Position numbers and translations under genes: made by a program. A stretch of DNA of 64,000 nt, from positions 151,714,001-151,778,000 of the forward strand of contig OZ024742.1 of NCBI GenBank assembly GCA_964016885.1. Reading direction: 5' to 3'. Under the pieces are notes generated by a model. It did no database searches. It saw only the letters and a program-made list of their open reading frames with translations, and was not told where the DNA came from. Positions 12,590-24,169 of this stretch are shown here, piece by piece; the first letter of the stretch is position 1, and every line of letters starts with the position of its first letter. Origin of the DNA: Eledone cirrhosa (lineage: Eukaryota).

Positions 12590-14700
12590 TACGGGATAAC
12601 AGGTTATCGTTATAGGCAGTCCACTTAGATGTAGTCCAGTTAGAGTACTCCGTGTAGTGGATAGTATTAACGTGTGGCTTAGTTTGACTCAACAAGACAT
12701 TTCCATAGTGATGCTGCGAGTTCACGGTGATTTCTATGTAGTTTATACTTGGAGTAATAATAATTCAAGAAAGATGAGTGACATGGTCCGCTATACAATA
12801 AAGGCTTTATTCACATTGCTGACAATTGTTTCTTTGATCTGGTAGGTCTAGAGTTCGCTACCCGCCTGATTTTGCGTCAATCGATCTCCAATACTTTGTT
12901 TATAACCAGTCGTTTTCATCAGAGCACGCGAAGGTGAAGAAGATACACAAGGCATGATTTTATATAGGAGTGGTATTAAACCAGAACAATAATATCAATA
13001 ATAAAATAAAATAACTAGATAGTAAATAGTTAAAATAATAACATCAATATAAGTAAGAAATAGAGTATGATGATGAATCTAGTATGTTAAACGAACTAAT
13101 ATGATACAGATGTATGAAATTGACATGTGAAAACTGCTATAGGGTACATTAGATATAGTGTTAAGGTGGAAAAGAGATAACAGTAACAACTAAAATGTAC
13201 TTGGAGTCAGGATTTATGAGGTATCTGCTTTGCTGTAGGTATGCTGGCAATAAACCGGAGATTTACTTATTGTTTGACAGATAAACATTTTCGTTGTAAT
13301 AATTTAGTGAGAATGATAGTTTTTATGTGGTGTTAAGTGGAGTTGTAGATTCGTTATTTAAGTGGCCTATACTAAAGGTAGGGATTGTTAGTTCGAATCA
13401 TGGGGGTTTAGTTTTCACAGCATCAATAACAAATCGTGTATAAATAAGACAATAATAACAACAATAATAGAGACAATAAAGGTAATAAAATAGTAAAATA
13501 TGCATGGTAGATATAGAGAACATGATGAATAATATTAGGGATACATTGATATGTTCATAATAATAATAAGAGGAAATTAAGATTTCAAGGAGTGTAGGAG
13601 TAATAAGATAATGTACTTAGAATTAAGTTCATCTGTTAGAGATCATGAGTGCTAATGTGAGATATAATTGTTTGGTCCGAAGGAGTGAACGACAGCAAAA
13701 ATGGGATTGATTTATGGGCTGATAAGATATTTGTAGACATTACTGCCACATCCCAGTGGTATATAATTAGGGAGGCTAGAAGGTGTTTATAGAAGATTAT
13801 GGTTCTGTAGTGGGCTGTGTGAGAATGTGGATTTTATATGTTAAATGCTAAGTGATATTGGTTCGAATCACGGTGGTTTATATCTCGCGTATTTTGTAGC
13901 AATCTTATGTCTGCAGAAAATTGACCTTTCTATTTTGCTGTTGAGTAGCATTTTATCGTTCCTTAAGATATGCAGCAATTCAAGGTTGCAGAGCCCGCAG
14001 TGGGACATACCGCTGCTATAGGCCTTTGCGGCCGCCAATTTCGACCAGCTAATATTGTAATCAAGTTTTTTGTCCTTAAGTTGCCAAATTTTATTGGCGA
14101 GGGTTGTAGAACCTACCAGTGCACGGTTCTTCATTCAATGTCTGTGCACATACCATCTTTTTTTAAAAATACCCGCGGTGGATCCAATGTAGTGCCAAGT
14201 GGAGTTGCCCGAGTTTACAGTACACATGTACACTAGGCTCGAATCAAGGCACCTATTCGCTAATGGGCGCTTATCCGGTAGGTGACAGTTGCAGTTCGAG
14301 GTATTACTCCGTGCAGCTTTCACATTGCGGTTTTGCAAACTGCTATATGTGGGTTGTGATTCATGCCTATTGAAGTTTTGCTGTGGTGCGTTCATGTGCG
14401 TTTGTGGTTGTGATACGGTAATGTGTTTGTGTTTAGCGTTTGGTGATATGTTGCGTATAGATGGGATATCTTTCCTAGAGGTTTTCTGGTGGTTGATCTT
14501 GCGTATGTGCGATTCAATGTTGGCAGCAGTAGAGTTTTATAGTTTTTATAGTTTTTCTATTGAAGATTTTATGATATCTATGCGATATAGGGAAGTGCTT
14601 ACCTATTAGTTTAAAAAACGTAGAAGGCAGTCTAGTTCTTATAGAGGAGTTAAAGATTGGATTAAATCATAGGTATTTTCTTTCTCTAGTTCTTCTATAG
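12590..14700 (-). mobile_element. Penelope-like element fragment: GIY-YIG endonuclease plus 3' tail
   Basis: ORFs 14135-14395 (CNC...LVY...HYIGSTAGIFKKRWYVH) and 13868-14134 (LANKIWQLK...CGLCNLE...CRHK), separated by a stop. Confidence 0.85.
12817..12926 (-). ncRNA. Type I hammerhead motif (HH-c), stem II base mismatched
   Basis: TGCT-CTGATGA...GACTGGT/ACCAGATC...GAAA-CAATT-GTC|AGCA; palindromic loop III; located at the end of the element's tail. Confidence 0.55.
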
Positions 14701-14827
14701 TTTCTATATATATATAGTGAAAGATTGAAGAATAACATGGTCGGCTGTACAAAAAGGTTTTTATTTCAAGTATTAACAATTGTTTCATTGATCAGGTGAG
14801 TCTAAAGGTCGCTAATACATACATAAT

Positions 14828-14893
<66 letters not shown>

Positions 14894-14940
14894 AAATAAA
14901 ACAAGGACAATTGGTTACTCCTTCATCACATTTATTGATT

Positions 14941-15025
14941 GGTGACGCGCGTTTCGCCACTGATCAGCTCAAGGTTCAATCTGTATTGATCTAGCCCGAC
15001 TCGGTAATCCGCAGCTCGTCAGACC
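14941..15025 (-). ncRNA. Type I hammerhead ribozyme motif (HH-d)
   Basis: GGT-CTGACGA-GCTGC...GTGGC-GAAA-CGCGC-GTC|ACC; the 3' half is repeated at ~32345-32435 (+). Confidence 0.8.
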
Positions 15026-15849
15026 CCTTACAATGGTAATGAAAAAATGATTATACATGGCGTATGAGAAAGGCTGATGTTCCTATGTTGGTCAGTGCGA
15101 TTTGTTTTGATTGGTGGGTTAATTCAGAGGGATGTTTTTGCCTGTAGTGTATGTGGGTGGGTGGGTGTAGTGATAAGTTGGTGGTGCGGGGCATAGGTTG
15201 AAGTGGGTGGCGGTGTAGGGGTGCTGACTCTCGCTAGACGGTTTGGCATGTAGATGTGGCTGATTTTTGTATGGGGTGTGGGTGTGGTGGTGTTGCGGTT
15301 TATGATACTTGATGAAAGGTTGCGTTGTTTAGGGTGGGGTGATATGTGTGGTAGTGGATTGTTAAGGGGGATCATGCTATAAGGATACATATAGATACAC
15401 AGCCTGACAAACATATTATATACATACACATTTGTATATATATATAGCCAGTGGGGATACGTGGTGTGGGTGAGTGCACAAACATACGAACACATAGACA
15501 CACACACATGCGGTGTTTAGAGTGGGATGTTAGATGTGGTATGTCTTGGTGAGGTTGCTGGTTGTGGATGTATGGCGATGTGTTTGATGGTGGTGGTGGT
15601 AGTGGTGGTGGTGGTGGGCGTGATGACTGCGACATGAAATTTACAAGATCGGATCATACAATGGGTTACATGTTAAAATATGACAGAGAAAACAATGGTA
15701 CTGAGATGAGGGATGGTGTGGTAAGGCAATGGTGATTATCCTTATGCTGAGTTCAGGTCAGGGTTAGTCGTTGGGCCATGGTCGAATGTCTGTGCGGAGA
15801 AGGTGTTCTTCCTCGTGTGTTTGCAGTTTATTATTATGTCAGATCTCGA

Positions 15850-16036
15850 AGGGCGGTGAATTGGCAGTATCGGTAGAGGGTTGGACGACATGCTTTTTAG
15901 CATAGTTACGTCTCTTTATGGTCTGAGTTCAAATCCCGCCGAGGTTAACTTTGCCTTTCATCCTTACGGGGTCGATAAAATAAGGTACCAGTAATGTACT
16001 GGGTAATTGCTGGCCTTGTGCCAAAAGTAGAAACAA
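15850..16036 (+). mobile_element. tRNA-derived SINE with 20-bp target site duplication
   Basis: ATTATTATGTC(A/T)GATCTCGA at 15830-15849 and 16036-16055 flanks a full SINE. Confidence 0.92.
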
Positions 16037-16544
16037 TTATTATGTCTGATCTCGAGTTTATGGCCGATTTCAACTTGATGATCCCGGCCGCCTCGGCGAG
16101 GCATAACCTGCAGTGGTTTCTGTCGTTGGGGAGTTGGGCCACGCGTCTCTTAGCTGACCATTTGATCTTGTATTCCATGTTCTTGTCTTTGAGGTCCCAG
16201 ATCAAGTCCGCCAGTCTGGTTTGGGAGCGTTTGGGCCTAGGGTTGAAAAAGCTTTTGTGGTTATACCAACGCTCTTTAAGTGTAGTCGAGGTCGCGCCTA
16301 TGTAGGAGTACTCTTTTCGGCCGGCTGTGATATCGCATTGGTAAATAATGTTTTTAACGCGGCACTCCCCGTTCAATGGGCATTCCTCCCGCTTTTTGCA
16401 GTTGCAGTTGGGGGTTATGGGTTTGTTGATAAGTTGCCGGTTGTTCGGATTCTGTGTGGAGCTAGCACGTAGTTGGTTGTTGTGGTGTCTTGTCTGTGCG
16501 GTGTTGTTTTGGGTTGTGATAGTGGTTGGTTGTGGTGCTTGCAA

Positions 16545-16787
16545 GTGAACAGCTAGTTGATGGGCTATTGAACAGTTAGTTGACAGGCTAGTAAACAGCC
16601 AGTTTCAAGATACTGAACAGTCAATTGACATGCTAGTGAACAGTCAGTTGACAGGGTAGTGAACAGCCAGTTGCCAGGTTAATGAATAACTAGTTGACAG
16701 GCTAAGGAACAGCCAATTACTAGGCAAGTGAACAGCTAGTTGACAGGCTAAGAAACAGTCAGTTACCAGGCTAGTGAACAGCTAGCC
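16545..16787. repeat. ~23-bp minisatellite, ~10-11 degenerate units (GAACAGCTAGTTGACAGGCTAGT)
   Basis: Periodic GAACAG...AGTTGACAGGCTA read directly. Confidence 0.85.
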
Positions 16788-18112
16788 AAGTTGCTGATTA
16801 TTAAGTAGATACCATGTCAGGAGGAAATTAATTTTGAAAATAGTACGAGTACCGTGAAACTGACGAATGATTTGCTAATCAGATGTACTTTTCTTGACCC
16901 ACAAACAAATTACACTGTTTTTTTAGTGCATCTGTCTATCATTTATTAAGTATGTCCATCCACTTTTTATTATTTGCACGTTATTTGTCAGACTAATTGA
17001 GACGATATTCTATATTCGTTTGTTTCTGCTCTGCAGATGAAATACAAGATGACATCAGGTTTAATCAAATATTGAACATATATAAGCAAATAAAAACATT
17101 ACGCACAACAAAAAGTAGAGTTACATTGAATAATCAAGTGTCTTTTGTGGTTATGAAAACGGAAAAGGAAGGGAAAGGGAAGGGATCTAGTGTCTTTCCA
17201 GAAAATAACTGTTTCATTTGAATACAAACTGAACTAGCCAGTTGCTGCGATTGATGATACATATTCGAACGTGAGGAATTCCCTTTACTGCTTTTATGCC
17301 GACACTTGTAGCTTAATTACACATAGTGTTATGTAGGTTATGCCGTCGATTGAATTTTCAGTTTTAAAACGAACATCTGCATGGCCCGAATGCTTTTGAA
17401 TTCTCGTTCTTCTTGAAAGTGCCTGAAGATATTTTTCAGCTTTTCATTATCAGTTGACTTAATGGCCCGTTGTGATGCATCTTGCCGTCTACCCATTTAG
17501 TGATCATACCATACATTTTTTCATTGGACGATTCATCTTTAACTTTGCTGATAATAATAAGGCTGTTGGTAGCAGACGCTTTTAATTTGTCCGCCTCTTT
17601 CAATTGTGATCAAGTTTAAATACATCTTGAGATAAGCTTAAAGTTAGCCAGCTTTCAATAGACATTTTTCATCCAATGTGGTTCGCTTTTTAGTAACAGA
17701 ATGAGATACAAGAACAAAAAATCAATATTCATATAAAAAATAAACAAAGGGAGTCATACCTTATATCGGGAAAGTTCATATCTCCAAGAGTAAATATATA
17801 AATACATAATCGGAGAAAGCTAAAAGCGATACTCCGGCCAAATTCCAACTCACTTAACAAACATTAGGAAATACATGAGTATATTCCCAATTAAACGTTT
17901 GAAGTGCTAACTATATTGTATTGTATGGATAATTAGCTGTATTATTTCATATGAGATATATCAAATATATCATTTCCCAGACGACTTGTTTCCTTATACG
18001 ATTTCTACAAGTTGGGTGAAATTTTACCAAGTTATGTAGAAGCTTGTCTAAGATTAACAGATACTTATTCAAGTGGGCTCTTATAAATATTCAGTGGGTA
18101 CCCAATAACATA

Positions 18113-18530
18113 TTAAAAGGCATGGTAAAAGGGCACTTTTTCTTCATCGACAGAATTCATAGTTGGAGCATACACACTAACCAGGGTCGCATATCTTACT
18201 TTGTCCAGCGGAATTCTCATGGACATAAGACGTTCACTAATCCCTACTGGGAAGTCTTCTAATTTATTCACAAGAACAGTCTTAACAGCAAATGCTACCC
18301 CAGTCTCTCTTCTGGTTCCTTCATCTCTCCCTTTCCAGAAGAATGTATATCCTCCACAAAATTCTGTAAGATGACCATCTCCAGCTAACCTCGTCTCAGA
18401 TAAAGCCACGATGTCAAGATCGTAACGTCGAAGCTCCTTTACAACAAGAGCGGTCCTTCGTTCAGGACGCTCCAAGGAATCCCTGTCAAGCAGCGTCCGT
18501 ATGTTCCAGCAGCCAAGACTAAATGACTTA
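18113..18530 (-). mobile_element. RTE-clade LINE N-terminal AP-endonuclease fragment
   Basis: LGCWNIRTLLDR...RPERRTALVVKELRRYDLDIVALSETR...GYTFFWKG...GVAFAV...SVYAPT. Confidence 0.9.
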
Positions 18531-18732
18531 TTTGGCTCTATTACAGTGGCACGATGACGTAAATATGAGTGTTGGTGTGTGCCCTTATTGCCCATTATCT
18601 CTTTTGTTCCAGAACCTTTATTGCCAATTATCTCTTTTATATTGTTTTGGAACATCATTGAATTGGGAAAATAAAAAAAAAAGTAATAATAATAATAGTA
18701 ACAATAATAATAATAATAATAATAATAATAAG

Positions 18733-19148
18733 AAGAAGAAACTGGAACACAATAGACCTGACCTGGTGGTTTTAAACAAGGGAAAAAGATCGTGCCTGAT
18801 TGTGGATGTAGTCTGCCCATTCGACACGAAAATGCAAGAGGAGAGGGAGAAAATTAACCGATACCAGGACTTAAAGTGGGAGATAAAAAGGATTTGGAAC
18901 TGCCATGAGGTCAAAGTGGTCCCGATTGTCATAGGCGCACTAGGTACTATCTCAAAAAAGGATGGTTATAGAAAATTGGTCCCGCCCCGCTTTTTGGAAC
19001 ACTTCAAAAGGCATACTTGCTGGGAACAGCAAGAACCCTCCGATACTCCAATACGTCCGATACGTCCTGAGGCTGCAGGTAGTGGCTTGATATTCATTTC
19101 AACAAACTTTCCAGTTAAATAACTTCAATGACTGAGACTCAAAGAACA
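18733..19148 (+). mobile_element. 5'-truncated R4/Dong family B 3' fragment
   Basis: KKLEHNRPDLVV...CLIVDVVCPFD...KINRYQDLKWE plus family-B 3' UTR; preceded by (AAT)n. Confidence 0.9.
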
Positions 19149-19149
19149 A

Positions 19150-19568
19150 TAATAATAATTGTTTCTACTTTTGGCACAAGGCCAGCAATTACCCAGTGCA
19201 TTACTGGTACTTTTTTTATCGACCCCGTAAGGATGAAATGCAAAGTCAACCTCGGCGGGATTTGAACTCAGATCGTAGAGGGTCGTAACTCTGCTGGAAA
19301 GCATGGCGTCCGACCCTCTACCGATACTGCCAATCCACCACCATAGCAGAACAATAATAATAATAATATTAATAATAATAATTGTTTCTACTTTAGGCAC
19401 AAGGCCAGCAAATACCCAGTGCATTACTGGTACTTTATTTTATCGACTCCGTAAGGATGAAAGGCAAAGTCAACCTCGGCGGGATTTGAACTCAGATCGT
19501 AAAGGGACGTAACTATGCTGGAAAGCATAGCGTCCGACTCTCTACCGATACTGCCAATCCACCGCCCT
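19150..19568 (-). mobile_element. Two tandem tRNA-derived SINE copies inside a (TAA)n tract
   Basis: Reverse complements of the SINE at 4241-4432, separated by (AAT)n. Confidence 0.9.
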
Positions 19569-19627
<59 letters not shown>

Positions 19628-19629
<2 letters not shown>

Positions 19630-22600
19630 GTAGAAGGTCATGAAATCGCTCCCGTAAGTTTTTGATTTTTAACATATTTAAATCAATTGTGAAATAACAA
19701 TTCTTAGTACAAATGTTGCATAAACCACCGAATCAAGTCCCATAAAATTTCGGATCCATATTATATTGTTATATCGCTCAAATATTCAATTTTGTATTAT
19801 ATATTTTGTATTAAAAAAAAGAAAATGGTTATAAATGGAAGTACACTATATAGAACAGCCAAATAACAGCAATTTCACCAACACCAGAAACTTGATACAC
19901 CACCTACCCCATCACACTAAATATAACAGCCAGATAACGGCAATTTCACCACCACCATCACCAACCCCAGCATCATAATAATAATTACTATTATTATTGT
20001 CTCAAGTTTTAACAAAATGTTTAATTCCAATTTTACGGGAATATGTCAACACAATATATATTAAACATACGAACACAAAACTCATAGATACTACATATCA
20101 CAAAACTCAGTAACGACAACGCCACCGCCGCCACCACTCCATCCATCATTGCTACCACTATCCCATCACCACCGCCACCACTCCTTCATTGCTACCACCA
20201 CTATTGCCCTGTTAACTTGAGAGAGAAAGGGGAAGGTGGCGGTATCACTAGACAAGGGAGAGGCTAGCAAAAGATATAAATAGATTGACTTAGTGACCTG
20301 GCCACCGGCCAAACGTCAACATCAACAACTATGGGACTGCTGGCTCCCCCCTTCCTCACCAACAATATAAAAAGCCCCGGCACCACCACCGACATAGCCA
20401 ACAACAATAACAGGCAACTTCAGCAAAAAGTATATTATATTATCGTAATGCACTGGGTGATTGCTGGCCTTGTGCCTGGAGTGGAGACAATTATTAATAA
20501 TTTCATTCTTAAGCCACGGAATGCTCACATTAAGGAACCACTCATGATAATAACAATTTAAACAAACAACAAAAAGAAAACCCAGTGACCAAGAAATACC
20601 GGGACGGCGGCCGGCGGGGAATAGCCGTGTCTCTAGGGGAGAACGACCCCTCTAGTCTTGGTTGACACTCGTTCTAGAAGTGGTAACACGAAATGATTAC
20701 CCCTTGGCGGATAAGGATAAAACGCGACAAAATAAAGTAAATGTCTAATGATAAAATCTCATACCGGATCGGCCGTCACCCGGGTAAAAAAGGGCCGCGT
20801 CCCTCAGAGAGGAACCAGACTGGGGTCGAAAAATCAGCTAATGGTTCAAACCTTCCCATCACTTCGGAGCTGGAGACCTCCCATAACCGGAATACTCCTA
20901 CTGTTGGCCCTCGATGCTCACCACCAAGAAATTCAAAGAAAAAGAGAGAAAAATGGTTAAGGGAAGATAATAAAGAAGTCCTTGAGGCTTTCTACACTGC
21001 CATGTACTACCCATCAAATACATCGAATACAGAACAGACATATATCAACTGGAAAAAGAAACATCCCGAAAACAGAGGCTATATTGACAGTAACAAACTA
21101 GCCAATATACGAAGAAATATTGTAAGAAAAAAGTTACTAACTGATATAGAAATTGATCAGATCAAGCTATTAGCACAAAGTCAGCGAAGGGAAAATGAAA
21201 CATGTGTCAGTGAAAACGAGGTAAATTGTAACACTTCGAATCCCAGGGTTGGGGCGGAATCACTGGCAACAGAACAAATTAAAGAAAGAATCGAAAAAGT
21301 GGAGGGAGTGCATGCTCAAGATGAAACTCCAAATGAAAATAATGAGATCGTAAATGATAAAGAAATGAATGAGAATGAACTTGCCAACTTGAAGGATGAA
21401 ATTATGATCGAATGGATGAAAATTAAAGAATCTGACATGGGGAAACGAGACACCCTCCCTAAGATCCAGAACTCCAAACAGAACCAAAAGATAATACACA
21501 AGACTAACATAATTCTCAAAAACATTATCATCACAAACAAACTAAACATTACTGATTTAAATCATCTCTATTATGCATCGGCTAAGATCTGGGCCGAAGA
21601 AAAAGTTCATAACATACATGCCCCATGGATAGACAAACAAATGAAAGATACAGCTCACCTTCAGGAACAAATATGGGAAAATATAACAGTTGAACAGTTG
21701 TGCTTGGCTCTAAGAAAATCCAGCAAATGGAAATCCCCAGGAAAAGACAAAATACAAAACTTTTGGATAAATGCCTTCACAGAGTCTCATGAGCTGTTAG
21801 CCCAACTTTACGATGAAATAGTTAAGGAGCCAGAAAAGATACCATCATGGCTAGTTAACGGCATTACATTCCTGCTTCCGAAGAATGATGAGACAAACAA
21901 TCCAAAAAATTACAGACCGATAACTTGCTTGACCACAATGTATAAAAATTTAACATCAGCCCTAACTGAATACACATATGACCACCTGATAACAAATGAC
22001 CTATTTCCCATTGAGCAGAAAGGGTGTAAACGAGGCTCATATGGCTGTAAGTATCAGCTTCTGGTTAACAAAATGATACTGGAAGATTGTCATAATAGAC
22101 ACAAAAATCTATCGATTGCTTGGATAGATTATAAAAAAGCATTCGATAGTTTGCCACACAGTTGGATTGAAAAATGTTTAGAGATTTTCAAAATATCCCC
22201 CGTTGTCAGGAGGTTTTTGTCATTCAGTATGAAGACATGGAAAACGACACTCCTTTTGAATAGTGAAACAAAATCACTGGAAGCTGGAGAAGTTAATTTT
22301 AATTGTGGAATTTTTCAGGGTGACTCTTTATCACCGCTTTTATTCTGCATCGCACTTATACCATTAAGTAAAATGCTCAATGAAACAAAACATGGATATA
22401 AAGTCTATGACAAAACCATTAATCACCTGTTCTACATGGATGACCTGAAACTATTTGCAAAAAATGATGAACAATTGCAAGGGCTATTATCCACTGTGGA
22501 GCAGTTCAGTGATGACATTAAAATGGAGTTTGGACTAGATAAATGCGCCAAAGCAACGTTCACCAGAGGAAAGCTGCTGAAGAGTTCAGACATTAATCTT

Positions 22601-24126
22601 GATCGGGGGAAGGTGATAAGAGAACTTGATCAAGAAAAAACTTACAAATATCTAGGTGTTTGTGAAGGAGACGGAATCAAGCACTCGACAATGAGGGAAA
22701 GGATAAGGAAGGAATGTTACCGCAGAGTAAGAGCAATCTTAAGAACGGAATTGAATGCAAGGAATAGGATCGATGCCATAAAGACGCTTGCCATACCAGT
22801 AGTAACCTACAGTTACAATGCCATCAACTGGTCAAGCACAGAGATCCGTAGGCTCGATACAAAAATTCAAAAATTCTTAACCATGCACAGAATGCATCAC
22901 CCTAAGGCAGATATAGATAGAATATATCTCCCTAGGAAAGAAGGAGGACGTGGGTTAATCCAGTTAGACATTGCGTTGAAAACTGCAACAATTGGATTAT
23001 CTACATATCTAAGGGAATCACATGATTGGATGATCAAACTCGTTTTGAAACACGAAAGCATCAAAAGATCATATTCCATTACAAAAGATGCACAAAGATA
23101 CAGTAATGGACTACAAATTTCAGAAGTCCCATTAACTGCTGAAATGGAAAACACAGAAAAAGCAAAGCAGGTAAAAGTAACTGCAAAGAAAGAACTGCTA
23201 CAGAAACTGGCTAAGAAATGGCAAGAAAAGCCTCTGTATGGAAAATACCCAGAGCGAGCTAACAATCATGATGTTGACAAAACTTTAACCCATCAGTGGT
23301 TGGCATCCTCTGGACTGAAATCGGAGACTGAAGGACTGATTATATCAGCACAAGATCAGTGTCTGCCAACAAAAAATTACCAAGCCAACATAATAAAACA
23401 TGGATGCCGCCCATTATACCGTGTATGCAAAAAACAACCAGAGATCATTGACCATATAATTTCAATGTGCAGTCCTATAGCTCCAACCGAATACCTAAAC
23501 AGGCATGACAGAGCTGCACAATACATACATTGGATAATGTGTAAGTATTTTGACCTGCCCCATCAAAAGAATTGGTGGGAGCATCAACCACCTCCCATAC
23601 TTGAAAAAGATCACATCTCAATCTTGTGGAACTTTAGCATCCAAACAGACCGAAAAATAGATGCAAATAGACCTGATATAATATTGAAGGACTTTAAAAA
23701 GAGGGTATGCCTGCTAATCGATATGTCTGTTCCAATAGACAAGAATGTATCTATAAAAACATTTGAAAAATTGAGCAAGTATAAGGACCTGGAGATAAAA
23801 ATTGGAAACATGTGGAAATTGAGAACTAAAACAATACCAGTGGTTGTAGGCGCTCTGGGAATGATACCTAAGGGGTCTAATGATTACTTATCGCAAATCC
23901 CAGGAAACCCGCGTATAGGAGAAATACAAAAGATAGTACTAATGGGAACTGCCCATATACTATGGAAGATTCAGTCAATATAAGTACATCACCAGTCTAA
24001 ACACTAGGGATGCATGTGTGAGTATGTATGTTCTTTCTTGAACATGGCGGACCTTGTTGTCTCTTGAGGTCACTGGTTGTGACTTGGTGATAACTCGTAT
24101 GAACATAAAGCAAGATAAATGCAACT

Positions 24127-24127
<1 letters not shown>
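19628..24127 (+). mobile_element. R4/Dong-type non-LTR retrotransposon, family A, flanked by (TAA)n
   Basis: (AAT)n at 19570-19627 and 24127-24167; ~1.1-kb leader, single ORF, ~140-nt 3' UTR; the 5' boundary is inferred. Confidence 0.85.
20741..23983 (+). CDS. R4/Dong-type polyprotein (RT, CCHC knuckle, restriction-like endonuclease), probably defective
   Basis: WKSPGKD, NYRPITCL, EQKGCK, WIDYKKAFDS, GIFQGDSLSP, YMDD, YKYLG, RHD, NRPDI, LIDMSVP, KLSKYKDL; first CCHC Cys replaced by Tyr; internal in-frame deletion relative to family B. Confidence 0.92.
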   Translation: MSNDKISYRIGRHPGKKGPRPSERNQTGVEKSANGSNLPITSELETSHNRNTPTVGPRCSPPRNSKKKREKWLREDNKEVLEAFYTAMYYPSNTSNTEQTYINWKKKHPENRGYIDSNKLANIRRNIVRKKLLTDIEIDQIKLLAQSQRRENETCVSENEVNCNTSNPRVGAESLATEQIKERIEKVEGVHAQDETPNENNEIVNDKEMNENELANLKDEIMIEWMKIKESDMGKRDTLPKIQNSKQNQKIIHKTNIILKNIIITNKLNITDLNHLYYASAKIWAEEKVHNIHAPWIDKQMKDTAHLQEQIWENITVEQLCLALRKSSKWKSPGKDKIQNFWINAFTESHELLAQLYDEIVKEPEKIPSWLVNGITFLLPKNDETNNPKNYRPITCLTTMYKNLTSALTEYTYDHLITNDLFPIEQKGCKRGSYGCKYQLLVNKMILEDCHNRHKNLSIAWIDYKKAFDSLPHSWIEKCLEIFKISPVVRRFLSFSMKTWKTTLLLNSETKSLEAGEVNFNCGIFQGDSLSPLLFCIALIPLSKMLNETKHGYKVYDKTINHLFYMDDLKLFAKNDEQLQGLLSTVEQFSDDIKMEFGLDKCAKATFTRGKLLKSSDINLDRGKVIRELDQEKTYKYLGVCEGDGIKHSTMRERIRKECYRRVRAILRTELNARNRIDAIKTLAIPVVTYSYNAINWSSTEIRRLDTKIQKFLTMHRMHHPKADIDRIYLPRKEGGRGLIQLDIALKTATIGLSTYLRESHDWMIKLVLKHESIKRSYSITKDAQRYSNGLQISEVPLTAEMENTEKAKQVKVTAKKELLQKLAKKWQEKPLYGKYPERANNHDVDKTLTHQWLASSGLKSETEGLIISAQDQCLPTKNYQANIIKHGCRPLYRVCKKQPEIIDHIISMCSPIAPTEYLNRHDRAAQYIHWIMCKYFDLPHQKNWWEHQPPPILEKDHISILWNFSIQTDRKIDANRPDIILKDFKKRVCLLIDMSVPIDKNVSIKTFEKLSKYKDLEIKIGNMWKLRTKTIPVVVGALGMIPKGSNDYLSQIPGNPRIGEIQKIVLMGTAHILWKIQSI

Positions 24128-24167
<40 letters not shown>

Positions 24168-24169
<2 letters not shown>

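Larger units (their letters stand above)
14890..16545 (-). mobile_element. Penelope-like element fragment: GIY-YIG endonuclease plus 3' tail, interrupted by a SINE
   Basis: CNCKKREECPLNGEC, IIY...YIGATSTTLKERWYNH, CRLCLAE; reading frame resumes after the SINE (NCKHTRK). Confidence 0.9.

Noticed and set aside
16545-16787. CRISPR-like array
   Set aside because: Contiguous degenerate tandem units without unique spacers, in a eukaryotic context
17350-18050. Possible coding relics (LGDMNFPDI on the minus strand, CR1-like endonuclease)
   Set aside because: Only one short motif amid stops; too degraded to call
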